Source: an uncultured archaeon (GTDB taxonomy: Archaea > Thermoplasmatota > Penumbrarchaeia > JASLWR01). Taken from it: a DNA stretch of 64,000 nt. The DNA lies in contig CAYRFL010000001.1 of assembly GCA_964423515.1 (NCBI GenBank), positions 1 through 64,000 on the forward strand, given 5' to 3'. The position numbers and the translations under genes are program-made. Within the stretch, counting starts at the first letter, position 1, and the number at the start of each line of letters is the position of its first letter. Shown in pieces: positions 49,321 through 59,361 of this stretch. The notes beneath the pieces are model-generated. The model made no database searches and was not told the origin of the DNA. It saw nothing but the letters and a program-made list of their open reading frames with translations.

Positions 49321-49890
49321 TCAAAGGCTCCATCTACCGTAATCATCGGCGATCTTTCTCTTCAATACGATCTCGCACTCGCCACATACCAGTCGACCGT
49401 TATCACACATAAGAGTCGCCGTGCACTTGTGACATTCTGACTTGATGATACCGAGTTCCTTCTCGGCCGTGGATATCTCCAGACTGGGCTCGGTCTGGAT
49501 CACCCTGCCCCTTATAATGTCGTTCTCGGAGAAGACCTGATAGGTATCTTTGACGAATTCTACGGATATCTTCGATATATGAAGTCTGGCATATCTATTT
49601 CCGGCGATATTCCTATCTTCGCCTCTTCTGGAGAACAGGTCTACGTACACATACCCCTTGGCAATCCTGACCACACGACCTATCACAATGTTCCCCTCAC
49701 GGAGAATGACCGGTGATGAGCCCTCGGGGACGATCTTCGCGGTCATCTCGCTCATGCACAGGTCCAATCTACCCGGGACCGCCGCATATATCCTACCCAT
49801 TTCTTCATACGTTCCCTCATCCGGAATGAACTCCTCCGTCGTCGCGATATAATCACCGGGCAGAAGCACTCTTCCTTCTTCATCGTCCAT
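49321..49890 (-). CDS. csl4: Exosome complex RNA-binding subunit Csl4 (S1 domain plus C-terminal zinc ribbon)
   Basis: S1 'GNIVIGRVVRIAKGYVYVDL'. Zn ribbon 'CHKCTATLMCDNGRLVCGEC'. The start is moved to the Met at 49890. Confidence 0.75.
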   Translation of the reverse strand: MDDEEGRVLLPGDYIATTEEFIPDEGTYEEMGRIYAAVPGRLDLCMSEMTAKIVPEGSSPVILREGNIVIGRVVRIAKGYVYVDLFSRRGEDRNIAGNRYARLHISKISVEFVKDTYQVFSENDIIRGRVIQTEPSLEISTAEKELGIIKSECHKCTATLMCDNGRLVCGECEIVLKRKIADDYGRWSL

Positions 49891-50202
49891 TCGGTTCACT
49901 TCTTCTTCAGCTTTCAGCAAGAGAACTTTCTTCTTGCTATAAAAAAAATTGGTCAAAAAAGGAAAAACCTCTCGCTCTACTGATCCTTTATAGGTGAAGA
50001 CGAGGCTTGCTGGCCCGTCTTCTTGGTAAAGTCGAGCCAGGAGGGCTCGGCTTTACACGTTAGGCCAGGAGTCTCGAATATTCCGCTTGACATCGGGTGT
50101 GAATTGAAGGCGAGGATAATTATTAAATAGCATTACCTTTTTGTATGGATTTTAATTATGCCATGATCGTCTGTAGATGATTATTGGGTAAGGTGGTTTC
50201 AT

Positions 50203-53200
50203 ATGAACCGGGATGAATTGAGAAAACGTTTCAAGCTCGACAAATGGGCCAGGGTCTCCTTCTCCCTGGTCGCGGTGCTCGTACTTCTGCTCTCGACCAT
50301 AAGCGTCGTCTATATCGCCTATATTAACCGAATCCAGAGGGAACGGGAACAGGAGGATGAGATCACATCCAACATGGAATACAAGGTGAGCGTTGCCCAG
50401 GCGGACGTGGAAACGCAGGCGTATCTGATAGGAATGGACGCGATATTCGAGGCCACCCAGAAGGAGAACGATCAGAATCGGATAGTCCCCATATTCGAAG
50501 AGAAGTTCGACGAATACATGGAGAAATATACGAACGAGGGCGGCCACACCGAGGGAGATTATACAATCACGGTGGATGATTACGACGTGGACCTCGGCCT
50601 AGATTCCAAGATGACCGACGATTTCATACCCGTTGCCGGCCCGGGTGCTTCCGACGGGGAGAGCCTGGAGGACATCGACATGGGATCGGTGGAGGAGACG
50701 GAGGAATCTCCAACCAATTGCTATTACAGGGTCGATGCGGAGATCAAATACACGGTGGACCACAAGGATACGGGCAAGAAGCTCGACAAGAACATGACGT
50801 TCTCCAAGACCATCGAGACCCCTTATCCGATAATTCAGAACAAGTTCAGCCAGTTCCAGAGCGCCGCGGAGATGGGATCCAGCGAGCTTGGCCGAATGGT
50901 CCAGTACATTCTCGTCACCATTGCCCAGTACCGCGTTCTTCAGGGGTATGGCGCATCGGAGATCGATGGAAATAAGTTCGGGGGAGGGACCACCGATGAG
51001 ATAATTACCACCAAGGACGTGGAGCTTGCGGTGAACCTGGCCGTTCTTCTCGAGAGTGCAAAGCTATACAGGGACTTCGACAAGGGATTCCTGGCGGAAT
51101 TCGAGGTCAACAACGAGGGGACCGATACGACCATGGCATCCCTGATAAACACCTGGATAATCGAGGAACAGATCGATCCCGCGGACATAATCGCCATTTA
51201 CCAGGGAGTGGAGGACGAAGAGCTGCACCTCGAGGTGATACTGGGGCAGGCGATATATGCCCTTACCGATCAGTTCGTCATGAAATACCTCTCCTATTTC
51301 GGATTCGACAAGGTCCTGGACGTGGTATGGCAGGTGGCCCAGATAGGCAAGAATGCTCTCGAGGGCTTCTTCGAGTGGGTATCGGGCCTGTTCCCGGAGG
51401 AAGAGGACAAGCGTGCGGAGGTGGTGAAGAGCTGGGTGGGCGAACAGTTCGAAAGGGCGGAGATCGATACCGAGTTCATGTACGATACCACCGTTAACAT
51501 CGATGAGAAGACGTATCCGGTGGGTTTCCACAAGGACGGCACCTGTTCGCACAACGAGGATACTGACGGCGACCCGGAGACGGGAAAGGAACCCGTGAGC
51601 TATAAATGGGACGTTGATACCAGATACACCGTCGTGATACCCTCGGGGACGGAGACAGCCGATTTCGATCAGAAGGACATATTCCGTGAAGAGGTGGACT
51701 GGATTTGGGAGAATTTCTACGATCATTATTTCACCAAGGACAACGAGAAGAACGTGGTCAAGAGCCTGTCCGAGACGCTAAAGGACATATCCGTGGCAAT
51801 TGCCGCAAATTTCGCCCAGATAGACGGTCTCAGCGAGATATTCGACGACTACAGATACCTCCCCACGGGCGCACTCGTTCCCAGCGATAACGTCTCTCTC
51901 ATGGAGACCATACAGCTACACGTCGTCGGTTTAATGACCGAGGTCATCGACTTCTTCAAGGGCGATCAGGGGAAGGACGGCATCAAGGCGCTCATACTGG
52001 ATTTCATATCCGACCACAACGATATGCTCTACGGCCTGCGGGATGAAATAACCGCTTACTTCGACGAGTTCGTGGCCAAGGACATGAACATCGACCTGGC
52101 CACCGAGAGGCTGACGGAAAATCTCATGAGCGCCGCATACGTCAGGAACGGAGAGGGGAACATAGTGGAGGTGGACAATCCCGAGGAGATCAAGTACCCC
52201 GACGTTCCGCCGCAGCCGAACCAGGACCCGGGAATGCTTCCCCGGAACGTTCCCTACATACATCAGGTGATCGATACTCCCGGATGGTTCAACGGGGACT
52301 GGGCCTGCGGGGCCACATCGGCCATGATGGCCCTTGCCTATTACGGGATCCTGCCTGCGGAAAGATGGGACAACGACATATGCGAGGAATACACCTACAA
52401 CGGCTTCACCTTCAATCAGGTGGCCAACGATCCAAGCGGCACCCCTGCCAAGGGCGGGTACGGCTACATCTGCCAGAACAACTGGGAGAACACAAAGGCC
52501 CACATGGCGGGATATGCCCAGAAGCACGGCCTTACCTCATCGGTGGATTGGTCCCCCACTTGGGGCGAGCTGACCACTGAGATAGATGCCGGTCATCCGG
52601 TTGTACTTCTAACGAGCCTTACGGGCCCGGGGCATTATGTCCTTGCCATCGGATACAGGCCCGACACCAGGGTCGTGGTGGTGAACGATCCCTACGGCAA
52701 CAAGAACCTGGGATACGTGAACTATCACGGGGCGGCGGCCGAGTATGACTGGCCCGGTTACAATTACGGGAACTCGAACATGAACACGCTCCACTGCTTC
52801 ATCTATTTCAAGGGTACCCCCCCGGGAACCCGGGGCGGGGTCACACCGGATGAATGGCAGGTGATGCAGTGCCCCTACGAGGAGCATCCTCCCCTGGACG
52901 CAGGCAGCCTGCCCAAATACTCGGAGGAGGAGATACTCGCGAAATTCTCGGAGAAATGGAGATGCGATGTGGAGGCCTATTCCCGAAGCCTCGTTACCGC
53001 GGCCTACGAGGAAGTGAAGAACGAGGAGCTCAGGATCTTGAAGGAAGCGGTAAGCGAACTCGCCAAGACCACCGGAAATGAGATACTGGACATGATCGTG
53101 GACGGAGCGGCCACGATCGGACAGGCATCCGGGCTCGTGCCCGTGGCCTGCGCATTCGTGACCACCGTGGCGGCGGATATCATCCACTCGTCCGACATCA

Positions 53201-56052
53201 GGAACTTCAACTACTTCATGCCCCTGTCCATGGGGAAGAAGTTCAACTTCTGGAGCGGCGAGCTGAGCCTTATCGATGCCAAGAAGAAGGGGAAGGCGTA
53301 CTTTGAAGAGATTAACGTCGATATGAAACCGGACTATCTCGTCAACGGCAGCGAGTTGGAGATAGTCATTGAGGAGCCCTCGGGGGTTCACTACACCAAC
53401 CTGACCGAATTCCACGCAAGACCCTTCGAGACCACCTGGAACATAGTTGTCACCGGCTCCTTCACCCTCACGACCAAGAGCGTCAGCAAGGGTCTGATGG
53501 TGGACGGAAAGCATCGTTCCGCTGTCAAGACAGACAAGATCGAGCTGAACATATCGTCCCCCATCATCGTCTATTCGGGGTGGAACCTCGAGGGAGTGGA
53601 TTACTGGGAGACCAGCACGCTCTGGGGCGATATCGCGGAGATCATAATGAAGTTCCTCTCCATGGTCTGGGATGCCATCACCGGGGTCATTGGATGGCTT
53701 ATCGACGGGTTGATGAAGATAGTGACGGTCCTTGTGAACATCATTCACGCGATAGTGAACTTCGCATCCAAGGTGATAAAGATCATCGTGGACGTTTTCA
53801 CGTGGATCATCGAGAAGATACGGACCTTCATCCAGGAATCGCTGGACCTGGTGGCCAAGGCGATCATGGGGGTGGCCTACCTACTGGGAGACGGTTTCAA
53901 CTTCACGGCTTTCGGAATACTTTTCAATGTTACGACGAAGTTCGAGGACGGCGACATGCCGGCGGAGGGCTGGGAATGGATGACCCGGATATCCTCCCGG
54001 TTGAACGTTAAGGACTTCGGGTTGGGATTCGACCTCAACGTGGTCAGGAAGAACGGGACCGACGATTACGACATACTGGTGACGTCAGGTCTGAAGGTCG
54101 GCGATTTTATACTGGAGGTTGCAATGGACCCGTTGATGGCGGTCTGGCCGAGGTTCATCGAGGGGCACGGAATATACCTCAACGAGACCGGACAGGGATT
54201 CGCACTTGATTTTACCAGCCCGGAGATCGACACAGGCTGGTCCGTCCTCGGTTCGATCAAGTTTGCCAAAGGCTACGTCAAGAAGGTGGTGAAGATACCT
54301 GCCAGCAAGATAACCATTCCCCACGTCGGAACCGCCCAGGCGGAGCTGGGCATCAAGCTGAGCTGGCCGAAGAGCATAAGGGTGGACGGAAAGACCATCG
54401 GAGCCAAGGTGAACGAGACCTTCTACGAGGTATGGCACGGTCTTGGCGGCAGGTTCCCCATGGACGGCGATGTGATCGACCAGTACTCCAAGAAGCTGGC
54501 GGAGAGCCTGAAGGAGAACCTGGCCCCGGTCCTGGTCGATCTCGGAAGCGACGTGAAGATCGAGATATGGTTGAAGCTCGAGATAAAACCGTTCGGCGGG
54601 CGTTTCAAGGTTGCGGGCCTGAGCGGTTACACGGTCTGGAGAACCACTCTCAAGTTCGACATGAACCTGGGTAAGGATTTTGTCAAGACCATGGATTATT
54701 TCAAGGCCTATTCAAGCAAGTATCTCGAGAATCCCGGAGAGCGTCCCAAGAAGGAACCGCTGCCCGAAACGGGTATCGACGTCAAGTTCAGCACCGAGGT
54801 AAAGGTGCAGGTGAAGAAGATATTCAGCTCACCGGTACAGATCCCGCTCATAGGGGTCGATGCCAAGGGAGAGGTGGGAGCTTCCATATCCTGCAAGTAC
54901 ACGTATAGAGAGGAGGCCACGCAGGCCTGGGATGACATCAAATCGGACCTCGATGCCGATTGGGAATCCGCAAAGGCCGGGGAGGCCATGAAACGCCTGG
55001 GCGACAAGATAGGGGGCTTAGTCGGCTATCTCGGGGACAATACCGAGGTGAAGACCTGGGTCAAGCTGCATCTTTCGAAGGAGTTCGGGAGCTACGGGGA
55101 CCTGGCATCCACCATTAACGTCGCATTCACCATAAAGGGCAAGGATACCGTCGTTGACGGATACAACTGGATAAAGAGCAATATCGACAAGTATCTGCTG
55201 AAACCGGGCGAGAATATCACAGCGTCCCCGCCCCCCAACGTCAAGATACGGATATACGTGACCACCGAGCTCGGACTGAAGCACAAGGTCGCAAAGATAC
55301 CGATCCCCGCCATCGGGTGCACGGCCGACGTTACCATAGGGTTCAGATTCACCCTGAAGTTCTCCACGACTACGAACCTGTCTGAGTTCATCGACTTCAT
55401 GAACATGTCCTTCGACGAGGTGGACCGGGAGACGAACGATACTCCCCGGGATCAGGGCCTGATAGAGATCTACTCCCAGAAGATAATCGTTAAATTGAAG
55501 GAGGCCCTGGATTACGTTCTGGACAACGGACAGATATCCTTCTACGTCAGATTCGACCTGGACGTGGGTGGGCTCGACGCACTTGAGGCCGGGATCGTCC
55601 TGAAGTTCATTATGAAATGCAGTCTCAGAGGTCTTTGGGAGGTTATGAAATGGGTAATGGGAAGCGTTGGAGCCTTCGTCAACAACGTGCTCAATCCCGC
55701 AAACGCCGCCAAATCCCCCGACGTTCCCAAGGAGTATCTTGAGAAGATACATATCGAGTTCGAGGCCTTCCTCCAGGCCGGGCTGCCCGATATGATAAAG
55801 GATGTCACCGGAGGTCATGTGGGATTCAAGGCCAGGCTTTCCCTCATAATCAGGACCAATCTCCCCATGCTTGCCGCGATATTCGGCCAGGATTGGGGGA
55901 GGTTCAGCGCCAGTTTTGGAGTGGTGCTGAAACTCGATCTGACGCTGAAGTTCGGTTTGGAGGACCTCTTTGGATTCATGGATGCGGAGATGCATCCCCA
56001 CGCCTGGTTCCGCCTCTGGTTCTTCTATGCGAGAATATATGAGATAGAATAG
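50203..56052 (+). CDS. Giant (1949 aa) type-II membrane-anchored protein containing an internal Peptidase_C39-like (PF13529-type, papain-fold) cysteine peptidase domain
   Basis: N-terminal signal-anchor 'VSFSLVAVLVLLLSTISVVYIAYI'. C39-like domain near nt 52240-52720: 'VPYIHQVIDTPGWFNGDWACGATSAMMALAYYGI...DAGHPVVLLTS...GPGHYVLAIGYRPDTRVVVVNDPYG' carries a Q/C/H/D catalytic set. The rest has no recognisable domains. C-terminal region has amphipathic hydrophobic helices. Confidence 0.8.
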   Translation: MNRDELRKRFKLDKWARVSFSLVAVLVLLLSTISVVYIAYINRIQREREQEDEITSNMEYKVSVAQADVETQAYLIGMDAIFEATQKENDQNRIVPIFEEKFDEYMEKYTNEGGHTEGDYTITVDDYDVDLGLDSKMTDDFIPVAGPGASDGESLEDIDMGSVEETEESPTNCYYRVDAEIKYTVDHKDTGKKLDKNMTFSKTIETPYPIIQNKFSQFQSAAEMGSSELGRMVQYILVTIAQYRVLQGYGASEIDGNKFGGGTTDEIITTKDVELAVNLAVLLESAKLYRDFDKGFLAEFEVNNEGTDTTMASLINTWIIEEQIDPADIIAIYQGVEDEELHLEVILGQAIYALTDQFVMKYLSYFGFDKVLDVVWQVAQIGKNALEGFFEWVSGLFPEEEDKRAEVVKSWVGEQFERAEIDTEFMYDTTVNIDEKTYPVGFHKDGTCSHNEDTDGDPETGKEPVSYKWDVDTRYTVVIPSGTETADFDQKDIFREEVDWIWENFYDHYFTKDNEKNVVKSLSETLKDISVAIAANFAQIDGLSEIFDDYRYLPTGALVPSDNVSLMETIQLHVVGLMTEVIDFFKGDQGKDGIKALILDFISDHNDMLYGLRDEITAYFDEFVAKDMNIDLATERLTENLMSAAYVRNGEGNIVEVDNPEEIKYPDVPPQPNQDPGMLPRNVPYIHQVIDTPGWFNGDWACGATSAMMALAYYGILPAERWDNDICEEYTYNGFTFNQVANDPSGTPAKGGYGYICQNNWENTKAHMAGYAQKHGLTSSVDWSPTWGELTTEIDAGHPVVLLTSLTGPGHYVLAIGYRPDTRVVVVNDPYGNKNLGYVNYHGAAAEYDWPGYNYGNSNMNTLHCFIYFKGTPPGTRGGVTPDEWQVMQCPYEEHPPLDAGSLPKYSEEEILAKFSEKWRCDVEAYSRSLVTAAYEEVKNEELRILKEAVSELAKTTGNEILDMIVDGAATIGQASGLVPVACAFVTTVAADIIHSSDIRNFNYFMPLSMGKKFNFWSGELSLIDAKKKGKAYFEEINVDMKPDYLVNGSELEIVIEEPSGVHYTNLTEFHARPFETTWNIVVTGSFTLTTKSVSKGLMVDGKHRSAVKTDKIELNISSPIIVYSGWNLEGVDYWETSTLWGDIAEIIMKFLSMVWDAITGVIGWLIDGLMKIVTVLVNIIHAIVNFASKVIKIIVDVFTWIIEKIRTFIQESLDLVAKAIMGVAYLLGDGFNFTAFGILFNVTTKFEDGDMPAEGWEWMTRISSRLNVKDFGLGFDLNVVRKNGTDDYDILVTSGLKVGDFILEVAMDPLMAVWPRFIEGHGIYLNETGQGFALDFTSPEIDTGWSVLGSIKFAKGYVKKVVKIPASKITIPHVGTAQAELGIKLSWPKSIRVDGKTIGAKVNETFYEVWHGLGGRFPMDGDVIDQYSKKLAESLKENLAPVLVDLGSDVKIEIWLKLEIKPFGGRFKVAGLSGYTVWRTTLKFDMNLGKDFVKTMDYFKAYSSKYLENPGERPKKEPLPETGIDVKFSTEVKVQVKKIFSSPVQIPLIGVDAKGEVGASISCKYTYREEATQAWDDIKSDLDADWESAKAGEAMKRLGDKIGGLVGYLGDNTEVKTWVKLHLSKEFGSYGDLASTINVAFTIKGKDTVVDGYNWIKSNIDKYLLKPGENITASPPPNVKIRIYVTTELGLKHKVAKIPIPAIGCTADVTIGFRFTLKFSTTTNLSEFIDFMNMSFDEVDRETNDTPRDQGLIEIYSQKIIVKLKEALDYVLDNGQISFYVRFDLDVGGLDALEAGIVLKFIMKCSLRGLWEVMKWVMGSVGAFVNNVLNPANAAKSPDVPKEYLEKIHIEFEAFLQAGLPDMIKDVTGGHVGFKARLSLIIRTNLPMLAAIFGQDWGRFSASFGVVLKLDLTLKFGLEDLFGFMDAEMHPHAWFRLWFFYARIYEIE

Positions 56053-56162
56053 GGACCGCGGCGGGAATCATCGCCCTTGACGGACCGGGGACGACGTCCC
56101 CGGCTTGTATTTTTATTAAAAGGGTACTCTCTTGATTTCAAGGATAAAAATGATACGGCACT

Positions 56163-57473
56163 TCACTCCTTCTTGTTGAGAAGATCGTCCTTCAGCTTGT
56201 TGAAATCGTCCGGACCTATAAGTCCCTTCTCCCTCCACCCGATAAGCTTCTCCATCTTCGAGAACCTGTCGTCACCGGACATCTCGACCGTATCCGCAGG
56301 GGATTTCTCGTGCCCCGGGCCCACCGGAGACCTGAGGCCGGATGCCCCTTTTTCCGCGATGCTGTCGGATGCACCCTTGATGGGTAAGCCTCGGCTCTTC
56401 CACAGACCCTCGACATCCATCTCGATCCCATCCTTCCCGCCGCCCTTCCCACCGTCCTTCCCACCACCCTTCTTGCCGTCCTTCCCACCGCCATTAACAT
56501 CCTCCTTCTCCGTTTTATCACCGCCTCCTTGAGCCTCCCCTTCCTTAGCTTCGTCCTCGCCTCCTCCGGTTTTCCCGCTCTGATCGCCCGTTCCCGGAAT
56601 GGATACCTTCCTCGTTACCAGCTTCTTTTTACGGACCGTCTTTCGTGCCTTGCCGAGCTCCTCTTCGAATCTCAGGAACTGGTTGAAGAGATGGGCAAGG
56701 ATCTCCTTGATATTGTCCCTCTTCAATCCGTCGCTGGATTCCATTATCTCTCCCAGGAGCGGTTTGATGGCCTTGTCGCCGAACTTCTTGAGTATCTCCT
56801 TGGCCGCAGTCCTGGCCCTTTCATTGGTCTCGTCGCCTCCAAGGATGCCGATGAGAGGCTCGATGGTCTTTGTGGAGCGGAAATTTCCCAGGGCATGGAC
56901 GACCTCCTCCCGTACCTGCTCGTCCTGGTCCCTGAGCATGTTCACCAGGGGTTCTATGGACGAGGGGGCACGTAATGCGCCCAGGGCCGAAATGACGCTC
57001 TTCTGAACATTGATGTCCGGATCCTTCAATGTCTCGATGAGCGGACCCACCGCCGCGCCGTCCCCGATGTCCTTAAGGAGCGAGATGACCTGAAGCCTGA
57101 CGCTGCGATCCTTGTCGGAAAGAAGGGCTATCAGAGGACTGACTGCCCTGGTCTCATGCGAGAGCGCCTCCACTGCCGCCTGACGCACCATCTTGTCCCT
57201 GTCCTTCAGCGCCTCGATCAGCGGCTCCAGGGCCTTCTCGGTCCCGAACAGCTCCAGGGCTTCAGCAGCTGCTTTCTGGACCCTCCACTCCCGGTCGTAT
57301 CTTACCACCTCCAGAAGATGTCTCACGACACGGGGATCTCCGGTCTCACCCAGCATCTTTACGGTCCTCTCGCGTATCACGACGTTATCATCCTGAAGGA
57401 GAGAAAACAGCTCCTCCAGTTCATCTTTAGTAGATTTCCCACCGACATCGACCTTTTCCCCATCGGGCTCCAT
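56163..57473 (-). CDS. Cytoplasmic PBS-lyase/HEAT-like repeat protein with a Gly/Lys low-complexity region and a C-terminal SHOCT-like domain
   Basis: At least 7 repeats of the type 'DxDxxVRxxAxxALGxhGxxxAhxPLIxxL'. The '(GGKDGKK)n' tract is encoded by tandem 15-21-bp DNA repeats at 56440-56520. C-terminus 'RFSKMEKLIGWREKGLIGPDDFNKLKDDLL' is SHOCT-like. Confidence 0.6.
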   Translation of the reverse strand: MEPDGEKVDVGGKSTKDELEELFSLLQDDNVVIRERTVKMLGETGDPRVVRHLLEVVRYDREWRVQKAAAEALELFGTEKALEPLIEALKDRDKMVRQAAVEALSHETRAVSPLIALLSDKDRSVRLQVISLLKDIGDGAAVGPLIETLKDPDINVQKSVISALGALRAPSSIEPLVNMLRDQDEQVREEVVHALGNFRSTKTIEPLIGILGGDETNERARTAAKEILKKFGDKAIKPLLGEIMESSDGLKRDNIKEILAHLFNQFLRFEEELGKARKTVRKKKLVTRKVSIPGTGDQSGKTGGGEDEAKEGEAQGGGDKTEKEDVNGGGKDGKKGGGKDGGKGGGKDGIEMDVEGLWKSRGLPIKGASDSIAEKGASGLRSPVGPGHEKSPADTVEMSGDDRFSKMEKLIGWREKGLIGPDDFNKLKDDLLNKKE

Positions 57474-57561
57474 ATCGCTTCACACTCCTTTTCGGGGTTC
57501 CCCCCGTACGATGACCCATTTTCCAAAATCATATAATTTACTTTTCTTCAGAAATCAAAAA

Positions 57562-58731
57562 TCAATAATCCCATTCGTCCCATCTTTCACTTCCGTGATC
57601 ATCATAACGATGAGGGGTGGAGGAGCTCGGACGAAAACGAATACCCCTGCATCTCTCGCATGTCCATCTTCTGGAATCGGGATCGTAAACCTGCTCTTCC
57701 GAACATTTCGGGCACAGGGGGGACCACAGTCGTTTTCCCTTTCCAGCCGCCGACACTTCCTTTCTTCGATGGGGGGAGAAGAAAAAGTCATCCCTCGGGT
57801 CTAATGAACCACGGCCCGTTAGCCACAGCTCATCGTCCGCTTCCCCTCGTCGTTGTGTATCCTCGGGCTTACGAGAACGCGGCTTTTTCATCACTGAGTT
57901 CAGGACCAGACCGACAATGGCAATAAGGAGGAATATAAAAAATAGGACCAGGCCAGGATGCTCCTCCATGAGATATTGCACAGGATTACGGGATCCCCCT
58001 TCCTCATCGGGATCGTATTGTTCGCCGGTGAACTCTATAACGGTGACGACCGCGTCCAGATACTCCGGAGGAATGTCCCCTATGCCCCAGTCCGACCCGG
58101 TGGTCTCTGCATAATAATATTCCTTTCCATTGTGAATGACATTGGTACCGGAAAGGTCGCTTCCCGCCACCCCCACGGCCATGTGACCAGGTTCATCCAC
58201 GGTTCCCGGGATCAGAAAGAGGACCGCATCGTATTCCAGAAGTATGATAAGGGTGGCAAAGAGTATGGATGTATCCTCGCAATCACCTCCCCGGTCGGCC
58301 AGGGTTTCCAGGGGAAAGCGCGGGTACTCGTCATAACCGGTCGTTACCTTGTCCGATGTATAATCGAGGCTCTGGATGAACGAGAGGACGAAGCTCACCT
58401 CTTTCTCTCCATCGTAGCCCTTCCTCCGGCTGGCATTGTGAAATTCCCCGGCCGCCTCCACGAGAGTATCGTCCCTCGTGGTTATCATGCGTCCGTAGTT
58501 CCTTCTCTTTTCCACTGCGAAATCCTTGTATGAGTTCAGACGCTGGAGAGATATATTGAAATCCCAGCTCCACTGGATCGTGGATAGTTGAGATTCCTTG
58601 AACTCCCACTCGTAATGAAGGACTATCTCATCCTCGGCGACTGCCGTGGCCCACGGACCTGCCGACAACAGACAGAATACGATCAATCCCAATGAGAAGA
58701 GTTCCAGGGAACGGCAACTCCATCGCCCCAT
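57562..58731 (-). CDS. Secreted/membrane-anchored transglutaminase-like (papain-fold Cys-His) domain protein with TM and cytoplasmic C4 zinc ribbon
   Basis: Signal peptide. 'GGDCEDTSILFATLIILLEYDAVLFL' (Cys, C-x-x-x-x-x-F-A pattern). 'GHMAVGV' (His). 'YYYAETTGSDWGIGD' (Asp/Glu). TM 'LVLFFIFLLIAIVGLVL'. Tail 'CPKCSEEQVYDPDSRRWTCERC'. Confidence 0.55.
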   Translation of the reverse strand: MGRWSCRSLELFSLGLIVFCLLSAGPWATAVAEDEIVLHYEWEFKESQLSTIQWSWDFNISLQRLNSYKDFAVEKRRNYGRMITTRDDTLVEAAGEFHNASRRKGYDGEKEVSFVLSFIQSLDYTSDKVTTGYDEYPRFPLETLADRGGDCEDTSILFATLIILLEYDAVLFLIPGTVDEPGHMAVGVAGSDLSGTNVIHNGKEYYYAETTGSDWGIGDIPPEYLDAVVTVIEFTGEQYDPDEEGGSRNPVQYLMEEHPGLVLFFIFLLIAIVGLVLNSVMKKPRSRKPEDTQRRGEADDELWLTGRGSLDPRDDFFFSPHRRKEVSAAGKGKRLWSPLCPKCSEEQVYDPDSRRWTCERCRGIRFRPSSSTPHRYDDHGSERWDEWDY

Positions 58732-58791
58732 GGAACCTGGTGTCCGAAAGGATTCCCCGCTGAGCCAGCCAGACAAGTATTTACCCCCTTT

Positions 58792-59352
58792 CTATAGAAA
58801 ACCGGTGACCTTCTGAGTGTGATCGAAATCCACCGAGAAATCACACAGGGGAAAGGAGATGTGAACCCGACCTATGACGCGTATAAATGCGGTATCGTCC
58901 TTGAGAATATTTACGGCATCCCCGGGTGATGTTAGTTCCTTCAAATAAAAATCGACAGGTACCTTGGTACTACCCCGCGAGGGAACCTCGAAGGGTTCCA
59001 ATATCTCGAAATCGCCGATGTAGTCATTCTCACCGGGCTCGACATCGTCAAGATATACCTTCCCCTCGACCCTTGATATGGAGGCACCGAGGTAGTTATC
59101 ATTCCCTATTAGTAGCCTCAGTTTTATGTAGAGGCCGGGCCGTGGGATCGGCCCGGAATTGTCCCAGGAGACATTCTCGATCTTGACGGATTCAACGTCC
59201 ACATCCGGTTCGGCGGGCCACAAACAGTAAATCCCCGCAGCAATGACAAGGAAGATTATTATGATCACCAGAAGCGGGACCAATATCCTCCTGCCTCGAC
59301 GTGAACGGGTTCCTCCCGAGTCCGATCCGGAATCTCCTGCCATGGAGTCCAC
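58792..59352 (-). CDS. N-terminally membrane-anchored LEA_2/WHy(NDR1-HIN1)-like beta-sandwich domain protein
   Basis: TM 'ILVPLLVIIIIFLVIAAGIYCL', followed by 'VDVESVKIENVSWD...LIGNDNYLGASISRVEGKVYLDD...VPVDF' resembling LEA14/LEA_2. Moderate to low. Confidence 0.4.
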   Translation of the reverse strand: MDSMAGDSGSDSGGTRSRRGRRILVPLLVIIIIFLVIAAGIYCLWPAEPDVDVESVKIENVSWDNSGPIPRPGLYIKLRLLIGNDNYLGASISRVEGKVYLDDVEPGENDYIGDFEILEPFEVPSRGSTKVPVDFYLKELTSPGDAVNILKDDTAFIRVIGRVHISFPLCDFSVDFDHTQKVTGFL

Positions 59353-59361
59353 ACCATTGAA

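Noticed and set aside
52609-56001. Large antisense ORFs (379 aa at 52609..53748; 327 aa at 55018..56001) inside the 1949-aa gene
   Set aside because: They are shadow frames of a long high-GC gene. The sense frame carries the well-supported C39-like domain and an uninterrupted 5.8-kb ORF.
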